A stretch of DNA of 58,976 nucleotides from Candidatus Bipolaricaulota bacterium (GCA_938084765.1 CALKFO010000065.1:1-58976); one strand, 5' to 3'; positions 29,897-42,557 are shown, numbered from the stretch's first letter. The notes: generated from the letters alone by a model not told the origin. A program made the numbers and translations.

Positions 29897-30409
29897 CTAA
29901 GGCCGCGGTCGAATGAGCCCGTAGCGCCCGTCCTTCTTCTTGAACAGCACCGCCGGAGCCTCTTCTTCGGCCTCGAAGAACACGAGGAAGTCCCGGCCGC
30001 TGGCCTCCAGGTACTCCACGGCCTCCTCCACCGTGAGCGGCTTGCGCACGTAATCCTCCACTTCCTCCACCTTGGGCTTGGGCGAAGCGCGGGCCGTGGC
30101 CTCCCCCGCCCCGGATTTCCGCACCACCCGCAGCTTCTCCTTGAACTCCACGAGCTGCCGCTGCATTTTGTCCACGGCTTGGTCCACCGAGGCCAAGATA
30201 TCCGGGCTTTCGCCCAAGGCCTTCACCACCTTTTTGTTCACCAGGTGGGCGATGATCTGGGCGCGATGCACAGAACCCTCGGTTTCCAAGACCACGTCCA
30301 TCCGGTTGATCCGGTCAAAATACCGGGCAAGGACGCTCACCTTTTTCTCCACGTACTCCCGCACCGCGGAAGAGGGGATTGCATGCCGTTCCACGATGTG
30401 CAGCTCCAT
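29897..30409 (-). CDS. hpf: ribosome hibernation promoting factor, long form
   Basis: N-terminal sigma-54-modulation/RaiA domain (MELHIVERH....VREYVEKK...L.RYFDRI....VVL). A linker follows, then a C-terminal dimerisation domain (RKPLTVEEAVEYLEASGRDFLVFF....E.PAVLFKKKDGRYGLI). Confidence 0.9.
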   Translation of the reverse strand: MELHIVERHAIPSSAVREYVEKKVSVLARYFDRINRMDVVLETEGSVHRAQIIAHLVNKKVVKALGESPDILASVDQAVDKMQRQLVEFKEKLRVVRKSGAGEATARASPKPKVEEVEDYVRKPLTVEEAVEYLEASGRDFLVFFEAEEEAPAVLFKKKDGRYGLIRPRP

Positions 30410-30426
30410 TTATGCCCTCCTTTTCC

Positions 30427-30454
30427 ATTATACGCGCTTTTCCCCTTTTGTCAA
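30427..30454 (-). promoter_or_regulatory. near-consensus sigma-70 promoter of hpf
   Basis: On the minus strand: TTGACA (30449-30454), 16 nt, then TATAAT (30427-30432), followed by GGAAAAGGAGGGCATAA and the ATG at 30409. The cca stop codon (30451-30453) lies inside the -35 hexamer. Confidence 0.6.
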
Positions 30455-31890
30455 GGGGGTTGATTTTTTTCACCCATCAAGCGCACCGCCTCAGCCAACG
30501 CTTCCTCCCGGGTGGTGATCTCCCCTGCCAGGATTTTCTCGTGCACGACCGTCAAAATCCGGCCAAGGCGGGGACCAGGCGGCTCGCCCAAGGCCCGGAG
30601 ATCGTGGCCCGAAAGGAGCTCCCGGGCCCGTCGCAGCCCCTGCACCCGCCGCAGGTGCAGCACAAGCTGAACCGTCTGAGAAAGAACAGGAAGCCAAGCA
30701 CGGCTTCTGTGGGCGGTGGCCTCCGCATCACAGATCACAGCCTTCAGGAGGTCCGCAAACGCTGGGAACCTTTGGGAAAACGAGGAAAGGGGGGCCTCCT
30801 CATCTTCCCCGGTGCACAGAAGCTGCACCTGTTTTCCCAGCCCCATCTCCGGGAGCCGCGCCACCCGCATATGCTCAGCCACAACAAACTTCACGCGTTC
30901 GATCTCTCGCCGCGAGAACCGCAGCCGACTCAGGATCTCCTCCACCATCTCCGCCCCGATCTGGCAATGCCCGGCCATGTTCTCCCCGCCGGAGCGGGCC
31001 AGCGCCCGAGGCTTCCCCACATCGTGGAGAAGAAGCGCCATTTTCAGCATAGGATCATCCCAAATTCCATCGGCTTGCGCCACAGCGAGCCACGTGTGCG
31101 TCAGCACGTCCCCCTCGGGATGATAAAGGGGATCCTGAGGAACGCCTCGGAGGGCCGCCACCTCCGGCAGGATGTGCTCCAAAAGGCCGAGCTCCTGGAG
31201 AAGAGCCAAGCCTTGGGCGGCGCGGGGTGTGCCCAAGATCCGCACCAGCTCGTCACGAATGCGCTCCCAGGAGATGCGTAGAATCTGAGGAGCATGTTCA
31301 CGGATGGCCGCCGCCGTTTTCTCCTCAACACGAAAACCTAATTGGCAGGCAAAGCGCACGGCCCGCAGCATCCGGAGATGATCCTCGCAGAGGCGCTGAT
31401 GGGGGTCGCCAATGGTGCGAATGAGCCCAGCCTTGAGGTCGTCGATCCCGCCCACAAGATCCAGGACCTCCCCGTCCTTGCGGGCGGCCAGCCCGTTCAC
31501 CGTGAAATCCCGGCGGTGAAGGTCTTCGGCCAGGGAAGCCCAATGCACCCGGGCGGGCCGCCGGCCATCCGTGTACTCCCCTTCCGTGCGGAACGTGGCC
31601 ACCTCGTATTGACGGCCATCCGGTCCCACCACCACCACCACCCCGAAGGCCTCGCCCACGGTGAGGACCTTGTAGCGGGAGGCAAAGAGGCGGCGCACCT
31701 CCTCGGGCGGGGCAGACGTGGCGAGATCCAAATCTTTGGGGTGAAACGCCTGGCCGGAGAGTTCGGCCAGGAGGGCGTCGCGCACCACCCCGCCCACCAG
31801 GACCGCCATATGCCCAGCGGCCTCCAGCTCCTCCACGATGTGCTTGGCCACCGGGTGCTCCGCCCAAATCCGCTCGATGGGGATGCGCAC
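30451..31890 (-). CDS. cca: CCA-adding enzyme / poly(A) polymerase family tRNA nucleotidyltransferase with C-terminal HD domain
   Basis: ...VLVGGVVRDALL.....KDLDLAT...RRDFTVNGLA...GGIDDL..G.IRTIG.P..R..ED.LR.LRAVRFA..., then LLLHDVGKP of an HD domain. The track ORF start (32040) would overlap frr. GTG 31890 or 31926 is more likely. Confidence 0.85.
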   Translation of the reverse strand: MRIPIERIWAEHPVAKHIVEELEAAGHMAVLVGGVVRDALLAELSGQAFHPKDLDLATSAPPEEVRRLFASRYKVLTVGEAFGVVVVVGPDGRQYEVATFRTEGEYTDGRRPARVHWASLAEDLHRRDFTVNGLAARKDGEVLDLVGGIDDLKAGLIRTIGDPHQRLCEDHLRMLRAVRFACQLGFRVEEKTAAAIREHAPQILRISWERIRDELVRILGTPRAAQGLALLQELGLLEHILPEVAALRGVPQDPLYHPEGDVLTHTWLAVAQADGIWDDPMLKMALLLHDVGKPRALARSGGENMAGHCQIGAEMVEEILSRLRFSRREIERVKFVVAEHMRVARLPEMGLGKQVQLLCTGEDEEAPLSSFSQRFPAFADLLKAVICDAEATAHRSRAWLPVLSQTVQLVLHLRRVQGLRRARELLSGHDLRALGEPPGPRLGRILTVVHEKILAGEITTREEALAEAVRLMGEKNQPP

Positions 31891-31954
31891 GCGAGGATTA
31901 TCCCCTGGTTTGCGAGGAAAACCCACCAGGGCTAGGATTGCGTAGGAGGAGGAA

Positions 31955-32512
31955 ATGGAGCACCCTGCGGTGCAAGAGGCCCGAGACCGGATGGGGAAAA
32001 CCCTGGAGGTCCTGCGCCAAGAGATGGGAAAAGTCCACACCGGAAGGGCTAACCCTGCCTTGCTCGAGGATCTGCGTGTGGACTACTACGGAGTCCCCAC
32101 GCCGCTTAAGCATCTGGCCAACATCGTGGCCCCTGATCCTGACCTATTGGTGGTACGACCGTTCGATCGCTCCCAAATCGGGGCCATTGAGCGGGCCATT
32201 CGCGCGGCGGATTTGGGCCTCAACCCTCAAAACGACGGCCAGCTCATTCGCATCAAGGTTCCTCGCCTTTCCGAGGAACGCCGCAACGAGCTGGCGAAGC
32301 TCGTGGCCAAAAAGGCCGAGGACGCCAAGATCGCCCTGCGCAACATCCGCCGGGAGCTCCGGGAACGCCTGGAGCAGGAAAAGAAGGAAGGAAAGATTTC
32401 CGAGGACGACTTCTTCCGCCTGCAAAAGGAACTGGACCAGATCACCGCGGATTTCACCAAGAAGGTGGAGGAGCTGGCGGAGAAAAAGGCGGAAGAGATG
32501 CGAACTCTTTAG
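31955..32512 (+). CDS. frr: ribosome recycling factor
   Basis: ...GRANPALLEDLRVDYYGVPTPLKHLANI..PD...L.V.PFD.S....IE.AI...DLGLNP.NDG..IRI.VP.L.EERR.EL.K. RBS is GTAGGAGGAGG. Confidence 0.93.
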   Translation: MEHPAVQEARDRMGKTLEVLRQEMGKVHTGRANPALLEDLRVDYYGVPTPLKHLANIVAPDPDLLVVRPFDRSQIGAIERAIRAADLGLNPQNDGQLIRIKVPRLSEERRNELAKLVAKKAEDAKIALRNIRRELRERLEQEKKEGKISEDDFFRLQKELDQITADFTKKVEELAEKKAEEMRTL

Positions 32513-32515
32513 GGC

Positions 32516-32851
32516 ATGCCTGGCCTGAAGGTCGCCATCATGCTCGGGGCAGGGGTCATCCTGCCCTTGCTCTTTTTCCGTCCGGGCTTTGCGCTAGGCA
32601 CTCTTTGGGGGCTGGGCGCTGTGGCGCTCACACGTTTCATCTACACCAACCTTTTGGAGAGGGCGCTAGCGGAGGGTCGACCTCAGGCCCTGATCGCCGC
32701 CAGTTTGGGAAAATTCGGGGTCTTAGCGGCAGTGGCCCTTCTGGGGATCGGGTGGGGCGCAGACCCCTTGGGCGTGGCTACAGGCCTTTTCCTGTTCCCC
32801 TTGGGGCTTTGGCTCAGTTTGGGGTTCCATGTCCTCCGAGCTCGTCGGTAA
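32516..32851 (+). CDS. small membrane protein in the AtpI/AtpZ position of the ATP synthase operon
   Basis: 111 aa with about four hydrophobic segments. It lies immediately upstream of, and overlaps, atpB. The call rests on position only. Confidence 0.5.
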   Translation: MPGLKVAIMLGAGVILPLLFFRPGFALGTLWGLGAVALTRFIYTNLLERALAEGRPQALIAASLGKFGVLAAVALLGIGWGADPLGVATGLFLFPLGLWLSLGFHVLRARR

Positions 32852-33725
32852 AGATCTGGTTTGGCGTGTGCAGCTGGGGCCGATGGAGGTGGCCTTCAAC
32901 CCCCTGACCTTGGCCACCTCCTTGGGCCTGGCCCTCGTCCTGGGGGTGGTGGCCCTTTGGTTTCGCCGGGGCATCCCCAAGGACCCGGAGGCCGCGCCCT
33001 CCCGGCGGCTGGTGCTCCTCAGCGCCTTCTTGGAGTTCGTGGATGGACAGATCCTGGGCGCCATGGAGAAGGGGATCAAGCGGGCGCTTCTGCCCTTCGT
33101 GGCCACACTATTCCTCTTTGTTTGGGTCAGCAACCTTGCGCCCCTGTTGCCCATCCCTGGCCTTGTTGCCCCCACGCGGGACCTCAACGTGACCTTGGGT
33201 CTGGCCCTCTTGGTGTACGCCCTCTCCCACGTGTACGGAATCCGCGCAAAAGGCGTTCTGCGCCACGGAAAAAGCTATCTTGAGCCTTTTCCCGTCATGT
33301 TGCCCATGAACCTGGTGGGCGATTTTGGTCGCACCCTCTCCCACGCGTTCCGCCTCTTCGGCAACATCCTGGGAGGGGCCATCATGCTGGCCGTCATCTT
33401 TCCTGTTCTGGTGGACCTCGTCTCCCGGTTCCGCTGGGTTTTGGGAGGATTGCTCCTCCTCCTGGGGCTGGGGGTCCTGGGGGGGCTGGCCCGCCGGGGA
33501 AGGCGCAAAGCCTGTTATGCTTTCGGAGCCGCTTGGCTGGGAATCGCGGTCCTGTTCGTGCTGCAGGTGTGGTCACCTCTGGTTTGGGTGGCACCCTTGG
33601 CGTTCGTGGTGGGCACGGGAGCAGGGGTGGTGCTGAACTTTTTCTTCGGGATCTTCGCCGGAACGATCCAGGCGTTGGTGTTCACGCTCCTTGCGGCCGC
33701 CTACATCCAGATGGCCGCGGAGTGA
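32829..33725 (+). CDS. atpB: F0F1 ATP synthase subunit a (with an internal insertion)
   Basis: Essential-Arg motif SHAFRLFGNILGG and terminal IQALVFTLLAAAYI. It is 298 aa, longer than usual. Confidence 0.88.
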   Translation: MSSELVGKDLVWRVQLGPMEVAFNPLTLATSLGLALVLGVVALWFRRGIPKDPEAAPSRRLVLLSAFLEFVDGQILGAMEKGIKRALLPFVATLFLFVWVSNLAPLLPIPGLVAPTRDLNVTLGLALLVYALSHVYGIRAKGVLRHGKSYLEPFPVMLPMNLVGDFGRTLSHAFRLFGNILGGAIMLAVIFPVLVDLVSRFRWVLGGLLLLLGLGVLGGLARRGRRKACYAFGAAWLGIAVLFVLQVWSPLVWVAPLAFVVGTGAGVVLNFFFGIFAGTIQALVFTLLAAAYIQMAAE

Positions 33726-33739
33726 GAAGGAGGGAAGGG

Positions 33740-33988
33740 ATGCAAGTGACAGGTGCGGAGTTCGTACAGGCCCTGAAATACCTGGCCGCTGGGATTTGTA
33801 TGGGCATCGGGGCCATTGGCCCAGCGCTGGGAGAGGGACGCATCGGCGCCTCGGCCTTGGAGAGCATGGCCCGTCAGCCAGAGATGGCCAACACCCTTCT
33901 GCGCAACATGATCATCGCTGACGCCATCGCCGAGACCACCGGCATCTACTCCCTCATTGTGGCCATCATGATCCTGTTCGTGGTGTGA
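33740..33988 (+). CDS. atpE: F0F1 ATP synthase subunit c
   Basis: ATG 33740 after GAAGGAGGGAAGGG. The 82-aa hairpin shows GIGAIGPALGEG...RQPE...IADAIAETTGIYSLIVAIMILF (carboxylate Glu in AETTGIY). Confidence 0.92.
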   Translation: MQVTGAEFVQALKYLAAGICMGIGAIGPALGEGRIGASALESMARQPEMANTLLRNMIIADAIAETTGIYSLIVAIMILFVV

Positions 33989-33989
33989 C

Positions 33990-34505
33990 ATGACCCAGGG
34001 CTGGGAAACGATCATCAGGAGCCTGAACTGGACGCTCATTTTCAACATCGTCTCGTTCCTCATTTTGCTGGGGCTCCTACGTAAAATCCTCTTTGGGCCT
34101 GCCCTGCGCTGGCTGGAGGCCCGCAGAGCCGCAGAGGAAGGGCGCCTGAACAAAGCGAAGGCTTTGGAAAAAGAGGCCGAAGAGCTGCGGAAAAAGGCGG
34201 AGGAGGAGCTGGCGGAGGCCAACCGGATGGCTCGGGAGATCGTGGCCCGCGCCGAGGCAGAAGCCCGGGAGATCCTGAGAAAAGCTAGGGAGGAGGCCCG
34301 AGAGGAGGCACGTCGCCTCCTCCAGGACGCGGAACGGGCCATGTCCCGCCTGCAGGAGGAGGCCTGGGAGGGGCTGCGCAGGGCCTATGCCGACCTCGTG
34401 GTGCTGGCAGCCGCGCAGGTCCTGGGGCGGGAGGTCCGGCCCGAGGACCATGAGCGCCTTCTGCACGAGTTCCTCGCGCGGCTGGGCCCGAGGGTGCTCT
34501 CCTAG
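33990..34505 (+). CDS. atpF: F0F1 ATP synthase subunit b
   Basis: A single N-terminal TM helix followed by a long Ala/Glu/Arg-rich coiled coil. It occupies the operon position between c and delta. Confidence 0.88.
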   Translation: MTQGWETIIRSLNWTLIFNIVSFLILLGLLRKILFGPALRWLEARRAAEEGRLNKAKALEKEAEELRKKAEEELAEANRMAREIVARAEAEAREILRKAREEAREEARRLLQDAERAMSRLQEEAWEGLRRAYADLVVLAAAQVLGREVRPEDHERLLHEFLARLGPRVLS

Positions 34506-34510
34506 CGACC

Positions 34511-35044
34511 ATGCGAGAAGAGCCTCTTGCCGAGCGCTATGCCCAGGCCCTTCTTGCCGCAAGCCAGGAGGGCAAGGTCACGGACCGGGTGGCCCAGGAC
34601 CTCCTCCTCCTTCGCCAGATCCAGGAAGAGCTTCCGGAGTTCGTGCCCTTTCTTGCTCATCCGCGCATTGATCCTGCCCAAAAGGAGGAGGTATTGCTTT
34701 CCATGGATGCCGCCCTACACCCTTACACACGCAACCTTCTGCGGCTTTTGGTGCGCAGGGGGCGGGCCGGCCTCCTTCCCTCCCTGATCTCCGCTTACTT
34801 CAAGGCCTGGGAGGGCGTTGGGGGACCGGTGCACATCGTGGTTCGCTCCGCACGGCCTCTTTCCCCGGAGGCGCGGGCTAAACTTCAGGCCCGGCTGGAG
34901 GAGCTATTGAAGCGCGCGGTGGCCCTGGAGGAGGAAGTGGCGCCCGAGCTCTTGGCGGGGGTGGAGCTCGTGATCGGCGGGAAGAGGGTGGATGCGTCGC
35001 TGCGCGGGCGTCTGGCCCGACTGCGCCAGGTTCTAGGAGGGTGA
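34511..35044 (+). CDS. atpH: F0F1 ATP synthase subunit delta (OSCP)
   Basis: 177 aa. ...[10 protein letters not shown]........L..L........F..FL..P.I....K..., with a C-terminal GG....[13 protein letters not shown]. Confidence 0.85.
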   Translation: MREEPLAERYAQALLAASQEGKVTDRVAQDLLLLRQIQEELPEFVPFLAHPRIDPAQKEEVLLSMDAALHPYTRNLLRLLVRRGRAGLLPSLISAYFKAWEGVGGPVHIVVRSARPLSPEARAKLQARLEELLKRAVALEEEVAPELLAGVELVIGGKRVDASLRGRLARLRQVLGG

Positions 35045-35045
35045 A

Positions 35046-36551
35046 ATGCCCCGGTACGACGAGATCGCCGCCGTCCTAAAAAAGCAGATCCAGAGCTTGA
35101 GCGCGGATTTGGAGCTGGAAGAGGTGGGGGTGGTGGTGGAGGTGGGGGATGGCATCGCCCGCGTCTGGGGCCTCCGCTCTGCCATGGCCTCGGAGCTCCT
35201 CCTCTTTCCGGGCGACGTTTACGGGCTGGTTTTGGATCTCACCGAGGACTCCGTGGGCGTGGCCATCCTCGGCCCCGATGAGCACATCAAAGAGGGGGAT
35301 GAGGTACGCCGGACGGGGCGCGTCCTGGAGACCCCGGTGGGCCGGGGCTTCCTGGGGCGGGTGGTGGACCCCTTGGGCCGCCCCCTGGACGGCGGGCCGC
35401 CCATTGAGCCCGAAGGCTACCGCAAAACCGATGCCAAAGCCCCGGGCGTGATCATGCGCCAGCCCGTGAATACCCCCCTTCAGACGGGCATCAAGTGCAT
35501 CGATGCCCTCACCCCCATTGGTCGCGGACAACGGGAGCTCATCATCGGCGACCGCCGCACCGGAAAAACCGCGATCGCCCTGGACACCATCATCAACCAA
35601 AAGGGTCAGGGCGTCTATTGCATCTACGTGGCCATCGGCCAAAAATCTTCCACCATCGCCAAGGTGGTGGATGCCCTGCGCCGATACGGCGCCATGGACT
35701 ACACCATCGTGGTGGCCGCTTCCGCCGAGGACCCCGCACCGCTGCAATACATCGCCCCCTATGCAGGCTGCGCCATGGGCGAGTACTTCCGCGATCGCGG
35801 TGAAGATGCCCTCATCGTTTACGATGATCTTTCCAAACATGCTGTGGCCTACCGCCAAATCTCCCTGCTTCTGCGGCGGCCGCCCGGCCGCGAGGCCTAT
35901 CCCGGCGATATCTTCTACCTCCACTCGCGTCTCCTGGAGCGGGCTGCACGCCTGAGCGACGACTACGGCGGCGGATCCCTCACCGCCCTCCCCATCGTGG
36001 AGACCAAGGCCGGGGACATCACCGCCTACATCCCCACGAACCTCATCTCCATCACCGATGGCCAAATCTATCTGGAAGCTGATCTTTTCAACAAAGGGCA
36101 ACGGCCAGCCATGAACGTGGGGTTGTCCGTATCGCGCGTGGGCGGCGCGGCCCAGATCCCGGCCATGAAGGAGGTGGCCGGCCAGCTCCGCTTGGAGCTC
36201 GCCCAGTATCGGGATCTGGCGGCGTTCGCGGAGTTCGCTCAAGAATTGGACGAGGCCTCCCAGGCCCAGCTCGCTCGTGGCGCCCGGGTCATGGAGATCC
36301 TGAAGCAGGACCAGTTTGCGCCCATGCCCGTGGAGGAACAGGTGGCCTCCCTCTATGTTGCCGTGAACGGATACCTGGACGACGTCCCTCTAGAGGGGGT
36401 ACGGGCCTTTGAGCGAGAATTCCTCGCGTATTTGCGGGAGCACCATGGTGAGATTTTGGCGGAGCTCGGCCGGGAAAAGAGACTAACCGAGAGGGTGCGG
36501 GCTGGCTTGGACCAGGCCGTTTCCGAGTTCAAAAAGACGTTCCGCGCTTGA
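35046..36551 (+). CDS. atpA: F0F1 ATP synthase subunit alpha
   Basis: Walker [12 protein letters not shown], plus ...[43 protein letters not shown]. Confidence 0.97.
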   Translation: MPRYDEIAAVLKKQIQSLSADLELEEVGVVVEVGDGIARVWGLRSAMASELLLFPGDVYGLVLDLTEDSVGVAILGPDEHIKEGDEVRRTGRVLETPVGRGFLGRVVDPLGRPLDGGPPIEPEGYRKTDAKAPGVIMRQPVNTPLQTGIKCIDALTPIGRGQRELIIGDRRTGKTAIALDTIINQKGQGVYCIYVAIGQKSSTIAKVVDALRRYGAMDYTIVVAASAEDPAPLQYIAPYAGCAMGEYFRDRGEDALIVYDDLSKHAVAYRQISLLLRRPPGREAYPGDIFYLHSRLLERAARLSDDYGGGSLTALPIVETKAGDITAYIPTNLISITDGQIYLEADLFNKGQRPAMNVGLSVSRVGGAAQIPAMKEVAGQLRLELAQYRDLAAFAEFAQELDEASQAQLARGARVMEILKQDQFAPMPVEEQVASLYVAVNGYLDDVPLEGVRAFEREFLAYLREHHGEILAELGREKRLTERVRAGLDQAVSEFKKTFRA

Positions 36552-36554
36552 AGC

Positions 36555-38800
<2,246 letters not shown>

Positions 38801-38827
38801 TCACAACCGTCTCTCGACTTGGAGAAC

Positions 38828-39901
38828 TTACAAAACCGTGTTTCTTTGGGCTTGAATGGCTACTGCGAGGCTAGCCAATGCATCCTCCGGTGTGACCAAC
38901 GGGGCCCTCCCTTCGAATATTGCTCCAACGAAATCCCTCATGAGGGCCTGGACAGCGCGTTTGTATTCATCCTGGCGTGCCGGACAGCTAACCTCCGCCT
39001 GAATTTGGACCCAAGAGCCATAGGTTCCGAGGACTTCTGGGGGCTTTCCTAGCATGTGTTGTAACAACGCCAATTGATTGGGGGCAACGAGACCAAACAG
39101 GATAAGCCGCACGGGGATCCATCCTTCCAGGATCATTTGCCCACGAGTTAGCCCTAAATGGACAGTGGTGCGTTCTGCACACCGTGGGCGATCGAAACTA
39201 TGGTAAAAGCTGGCGAAAACCTGGTCTCCATATTGCACCACCGCTGCTACACGATCAATGCGACCATGCGCTCCTGGAAATGCATAGCCTTGAACAAAGG
39301 TAGGCACACCTCCAGCCAATTGGTTGCACAAATCAAAAAAGTGTACTCCATGCTCTACATGGATGCCGCCGCTCTTCGCTAAGTCCCAAAACCAATGATG
39401 GGGATCCAGTCCATCTTGCGTGGCCAGGTTGATAAGCACAAAAAGTTGAAACTCCCCCAACACTTTTTCCTTGACTAGGCGCAGCACAAGCTGGTACAAA
39501 GGGTGAAAGCGTAGAACATAATCGACAGTGAGGAGGACCCCGCTTTGGGAGGCAGCCTCTATCAAGGTTTCGGCCTCCTTAAGGCTTATTGCTAGGGGTT
39601 TTTCCACAACTACATGTTTGCCGGCTTGAGCGGCCTGCACGGCCATGGTGGCATGGAGGTAGGGGGGCGTGGCAATGACTACCACAGCTACTTCGGGGTC
39701 CTCAAGCATATCCTCAAATTTCTCGTAGATTTTTGTGTTTTTCGAAGTGAAGGCACGGGCCCGGTGTTGGTCAGCATCGCATACGGCTGAAACCTTCACC
39801 TCTTTCATTTCCTCATACGCTGCTAACAAAAATTGGCCAAACCGTCCCAAACCGACAATTCCGATACCTAGTGGCTGCCGCTTATGCTGAATAGCGCACA
39901 T
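38828..39901 (-). CDS. Gfo/Idh/MocA family NAD(P)-dependent oxidoreductase
   Basis: N-terminal Rossmann [12 protein letters not shown], plus ...[31 protein letters not shown] (EKP motif). Confidence 0.8.
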   Translation of the reverse strand: MCAIQHKRQPLGIGIVGLGRFGQFLLAAYEEMKEVKVSAVCDADQHRARAFTSKNTKIYEKFEDMLEDPEVAVVVIATPPYLHATMAVQAAQAGKHVVVEKPLAISLKEAETLIEAASQSGVLLTVDYVLRFHPLYQLVLRLVKEKVLGEFQLFVLINLATQDGLDPHHWFWDLAKSGGIHVEHGVHFFDLCNQLAGGVPTFVQGYAFPGAHGRIDRVAAVVQYGDQVFASFYHSFDRPRCAERTTVHLGLTRGQMILEGWIPVRLILFGLVAPNQLALLQHMLGKPPEVLGTYGSWVQIQAEVSCPARQDEYKRAVQALMRDFVGAIFEGRAPLVTPEDALASLAVAIQAQRNTVL

Positions 39902-40802
39902 AGTCTAGAAGCTCCTTTAAAGGCACGGTAGCTAAGCCGATAACATGATCCGCGCCACCATAAAACACGTAGACGATATCACCTACCAGAATATTTGCAC
40001 AGCTAAACACCACGTTGGGCACGTTCCCCTGAAGCTCCCAAATCGTAGCGGGCCAAAAGACGGGATCTCTGGGGCGAGCGATCACCCGGCTGGGATCATC
40101 TAAATCTAAAAGTGCTACACCAAAGCGATAAATGCGGTTTTCGTCATACGCATGGTAAAAGAGAAGCCAGCCGTATTCGGTCTCAATAGGAGCCCCGTTT
40201 GCCCCCACACAGACGTTATCCCACCAGTTATCCGGTCTTGGTCCTAAAAGCGGACGCATTTTTTCACGCGGCCAGTGAACCAGGTCCTCGGAGAAGGCCA
40301 ACCAGATCCAAGGACGTGGTCGATGCAGGGCAACATAGTGTCGGCTAATACGGCGCGGGAAAAGAACGTGATCCTTGTTATCTTCCCCTGTCACTATCGG
40401 GCCGAGGCGCTTCCATTTCACAAGGTTTTCGCTGCAAGCCAGCATGGGGGTGACCATTCCACCAGCTAAAACAGCTCCATTATCTGCTGGGCCGAAGGCA
40501 GTATAGGTCATGTAAAAGACGTCATCAATCATGACCACACGAGGATCCTCCACACCCCAGGCTTCCCAAGAGTTTTCTGGCACCAAAACCGGTGCTCGCA
40601 AGCGATTCCAGTGGATCCCATCCTCACTAACTGCGTAGCCGATGCGGCTTATAAAATCCAAACCTTGCGCACGGTAAAACATATGAAAAAGCCCCCGATG
40701 ATAGATGACACCAGGGTTGAAAACGTGCAGACATTCCCAGGCTGACAGAGGATCCGGGACCAGGATCGGCGTATCCTTTGCGCGTTTCAACATGCTTTCC
40801 AT
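39882..40802 (-). CDS. glycoside hydrolase family 130 protein (beta-mannoside phosphorylase/hydrolase fold, DUF377)
   Basis: ...[19 protein letters not shown].....[13 protein letters not shown]...PVL.P....[19 protein letters not shown].... and ...[13 protein letters not shown]. Strong RBS AAGGAGGGAG. Confidence 0.8.
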   Translation of the reverse strand: MESMLKRAKDTPILVPDPLSAWECLHVFNPGVIYHRGLFHMFYRAQGLDFISRIGYAVSEDGIHWNRLRAPVLVPENSWEAWGVEDPRVVMIDDVFYMTYTAFGPADNGAVLAGGMVTPMLACSENLVKWKRLGPIVTGEDNKDHVLFPRRISRHYVALHRPRPWIWLAFSEDLVHWPREKMRPLLGPRPDNWWDNVCVGANGAPIETEYGWLLFYHAYDENRIYRFGVALLDLDDPSRVIARPRDPVFWPATIWELQGNVPNVVFSCANILVGDIVYVFYGGADHVIGLATVPLKELLDYVRYSA

Positions 40803-40819
40803 GTTCTCCCTCCTTCAGG

Positions 40820-41662
40820 CTATGTGGAGATCACAAGGGAAACCCCTTGCACAAACTTGCGGCTGAAAATGAGGAACACAAGGACGATGGGGAAGGTAAG
40901 AAGAACACCTGCGGCATATAAGGGGCCAGGGTAGCCACCATAGGGGCCAAACATTGTGGTCAAAAGCACGTTCAATGTTTGCTTGGCTGGATCACGCACC
41001 ACGATCATGTCCCACAGAAGTTCAATCCAGCGCTCCATAAACAAGAAGAGAAAGACAATGGTTGTCACGGGTCGAGCAATGGGGATCATAATGCGAAAGA
41101 TGATGCGCAGTTCTCCAGCACCATCTATGCGTGCTGCCTCCACTACTTCCTTTGGAACAGAACGGAAAAAGTTCGCGTACATGAAAATGGCCCAAGTGCT
41201 TACTAGGCCCGGCAGGATCATGGCCAGGTACGTGTTGTAAAGCCCCATGGCGCGAATGAGCAAGAAAGTGGGGACAAGAAGAATAATCCCAGGATAGAAC
41301 ATGTGGAACAAGATGAAATTATGAACGATGCGCCGACCGTGGAAAGAAAGCACCGCAAGGGCATAGCCGACGAAAGCACCAAAAATGACACGGCTGAAGG
41401 TGACAACACTTGCCACCAAGGCGCTGTTTCCCAACGCACGGAGCCAGGGACGGGGTAAGGTGGCAGCCCCACCAGCAAATAACCATTGGTAAGAACGAAA
41501 GCTCAAAGAGGTCGGGACAAAGACGCGATCCACCTCATGCCACGGAGCCAAGGATTGCAGCAACATGTAAAGGTATGGCGCAATCATTACCAAGAGCACA
41601 AGCGTGGCCAGAATGTAAAGCATCAGATTTTTGGTGTTTTTCCTGCTTTTCGTTAACCTCAT
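40820..41662 (-). CDS. carbohydrate ABC transporter permease (MalG-like)
   Basis: Six hydrophobic segments and the EAA loop EAARIDGAGELRIFFRIMIP. ATG 41662 follows GAGGAG, which is preferred to the track start at 41695. Confidence 0.85.
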   Translation of the reverse strand: MRLTKSRKNTKNLMLYILATLVLLVMIAPYLYMLLQSLAPWHEVDRVFVPTSLSFRSYQWLFAGGAATLPRPWLRALGNSALVASVVTFSRVIFGAFVGYALAVLSFHGRRIVHNFILFHMFYPGIILLVPTFLLIRAMGLYNTYLAMILPGLVSTWAIFMYANFFRSVPKEVVEAARIDGAGELRIIFRIMIPIARPVTTIVFLFLFMERWIELLWDMIVVRDPAKQTLNVLLTTMFGPYGGYPGPLYAAGVLLTFPIVLVFLIFSRKFVQGVSLVIST

Positions 41663-41672
41663 TGGTGGCTCC

Positions 41673-42551
41673 TCAACGAAATCCTTTCCGTACACCCCAA
41701 GACTCCACCAGTCGCCGAATAATGAGAACGCTTACAAACGTGGCCAGGGCATTCAAAACTGCCACCGTAGCTCCATACCCTGCGCGAAATCGCTCGAAAG
41801 CTTGGTAGTAAATCTCCAATTGCCAAGTATATGTCGCGAATCGAGGGCCTCCCCCAGTCAGCACATATGGTTCGGTGAAGATTCCAAAACAGAGTCCAAC
41901 CGCGAGGATTAACACCGTATAAAAAGCTGGATACAAAAGGGGAAGCGTTATTTTACCGAACTGAGTCAACGCTCCAGCCCCATCCAAAGCCGCAGCTTCG
42001 TAGAGCTCGCGCGGGATATTTTGGAGTCCGGCAAGGAAAATCAAGGCGTAATAACCGGAGAGCTTCCAGACAATCATGGCGCTTATCACGAGGGTGGCCC
42101 AAGCGGGCTCCCGTAACCACCGAGGAGCTGAGCCAAATGTAGCACGCAAAAATGCATTAAACGCGCTGTCATAAGAAAGAACCCCGCGCACAACCAAACT
42201 GATGGCTACCCCCGAGGCCAAATAGGGCAGGAAAAACCCCACAGCGTAAAACCACTTCAGACGCGGGAGATGATGGACGATCAACGCTAACCCCAAGGAG
42301 ACTACAACGACAGCGGGAACAATAGCGGCCATAAATTTATAGGTGTTCACAAACGCATGAAGTACGCGTGTACTACGCAAAGCCTCCTGAAAATTTCCAA
42401 GCCCCACATAGATCCGCACGGGAGCAATGAGATTCCAATCAAAGAGCACAAGCGAGAGACTCCAACCAAGCGGGATGAGGAAGAACAATACTGCAGTGAG
42501 AAGGTAGGGGCTGGCCAAAAGCCAGCCCCGGAGCTCTTTTTGGAGTTTCAC
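41673..42551 (-). CDS. carbohydrate ABC transporter permease (MalF-like)
   Basis: EAA loop YEAAALDGAGALTQFGKITLPLL, with a polytopic profile. Confidence 0.85.
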   Translation of the reverse strand: MKLQKELRGWLLASPYLLTAVLFFLIPLGWSLSLVLFDWNLIAPVRIYVGLGNFQEALRSTRVLHAFVNTYKFMAAIVPAVVVVSLGLALIVHHLPRLKWFYAVGFFLPYLASGVAISLVVRGVLSYDSAFNAFLRATFGSAPRWLREPAWATLVISAMIVWKLSGYYALIFLAGLQNIPRELYEAAALDGAGALTQFGKITLPLLYPAFYTVLILAVGLCFGIFTEPYVLTGGGPRFATYTWQLEIYYQAFERFRAGYGATVAVLNALATFVSVLIIRRLVESWGVRKGFR

Positions 42552-42557
42552 GGCCGA

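Noticed and set aside
38801-38827. A short atpC remnant or terminator between atpD and the convergent oxidoreductase gene
   Set aside because: There are only 27 nt, with no ORF, no hairpin and no T-tract.
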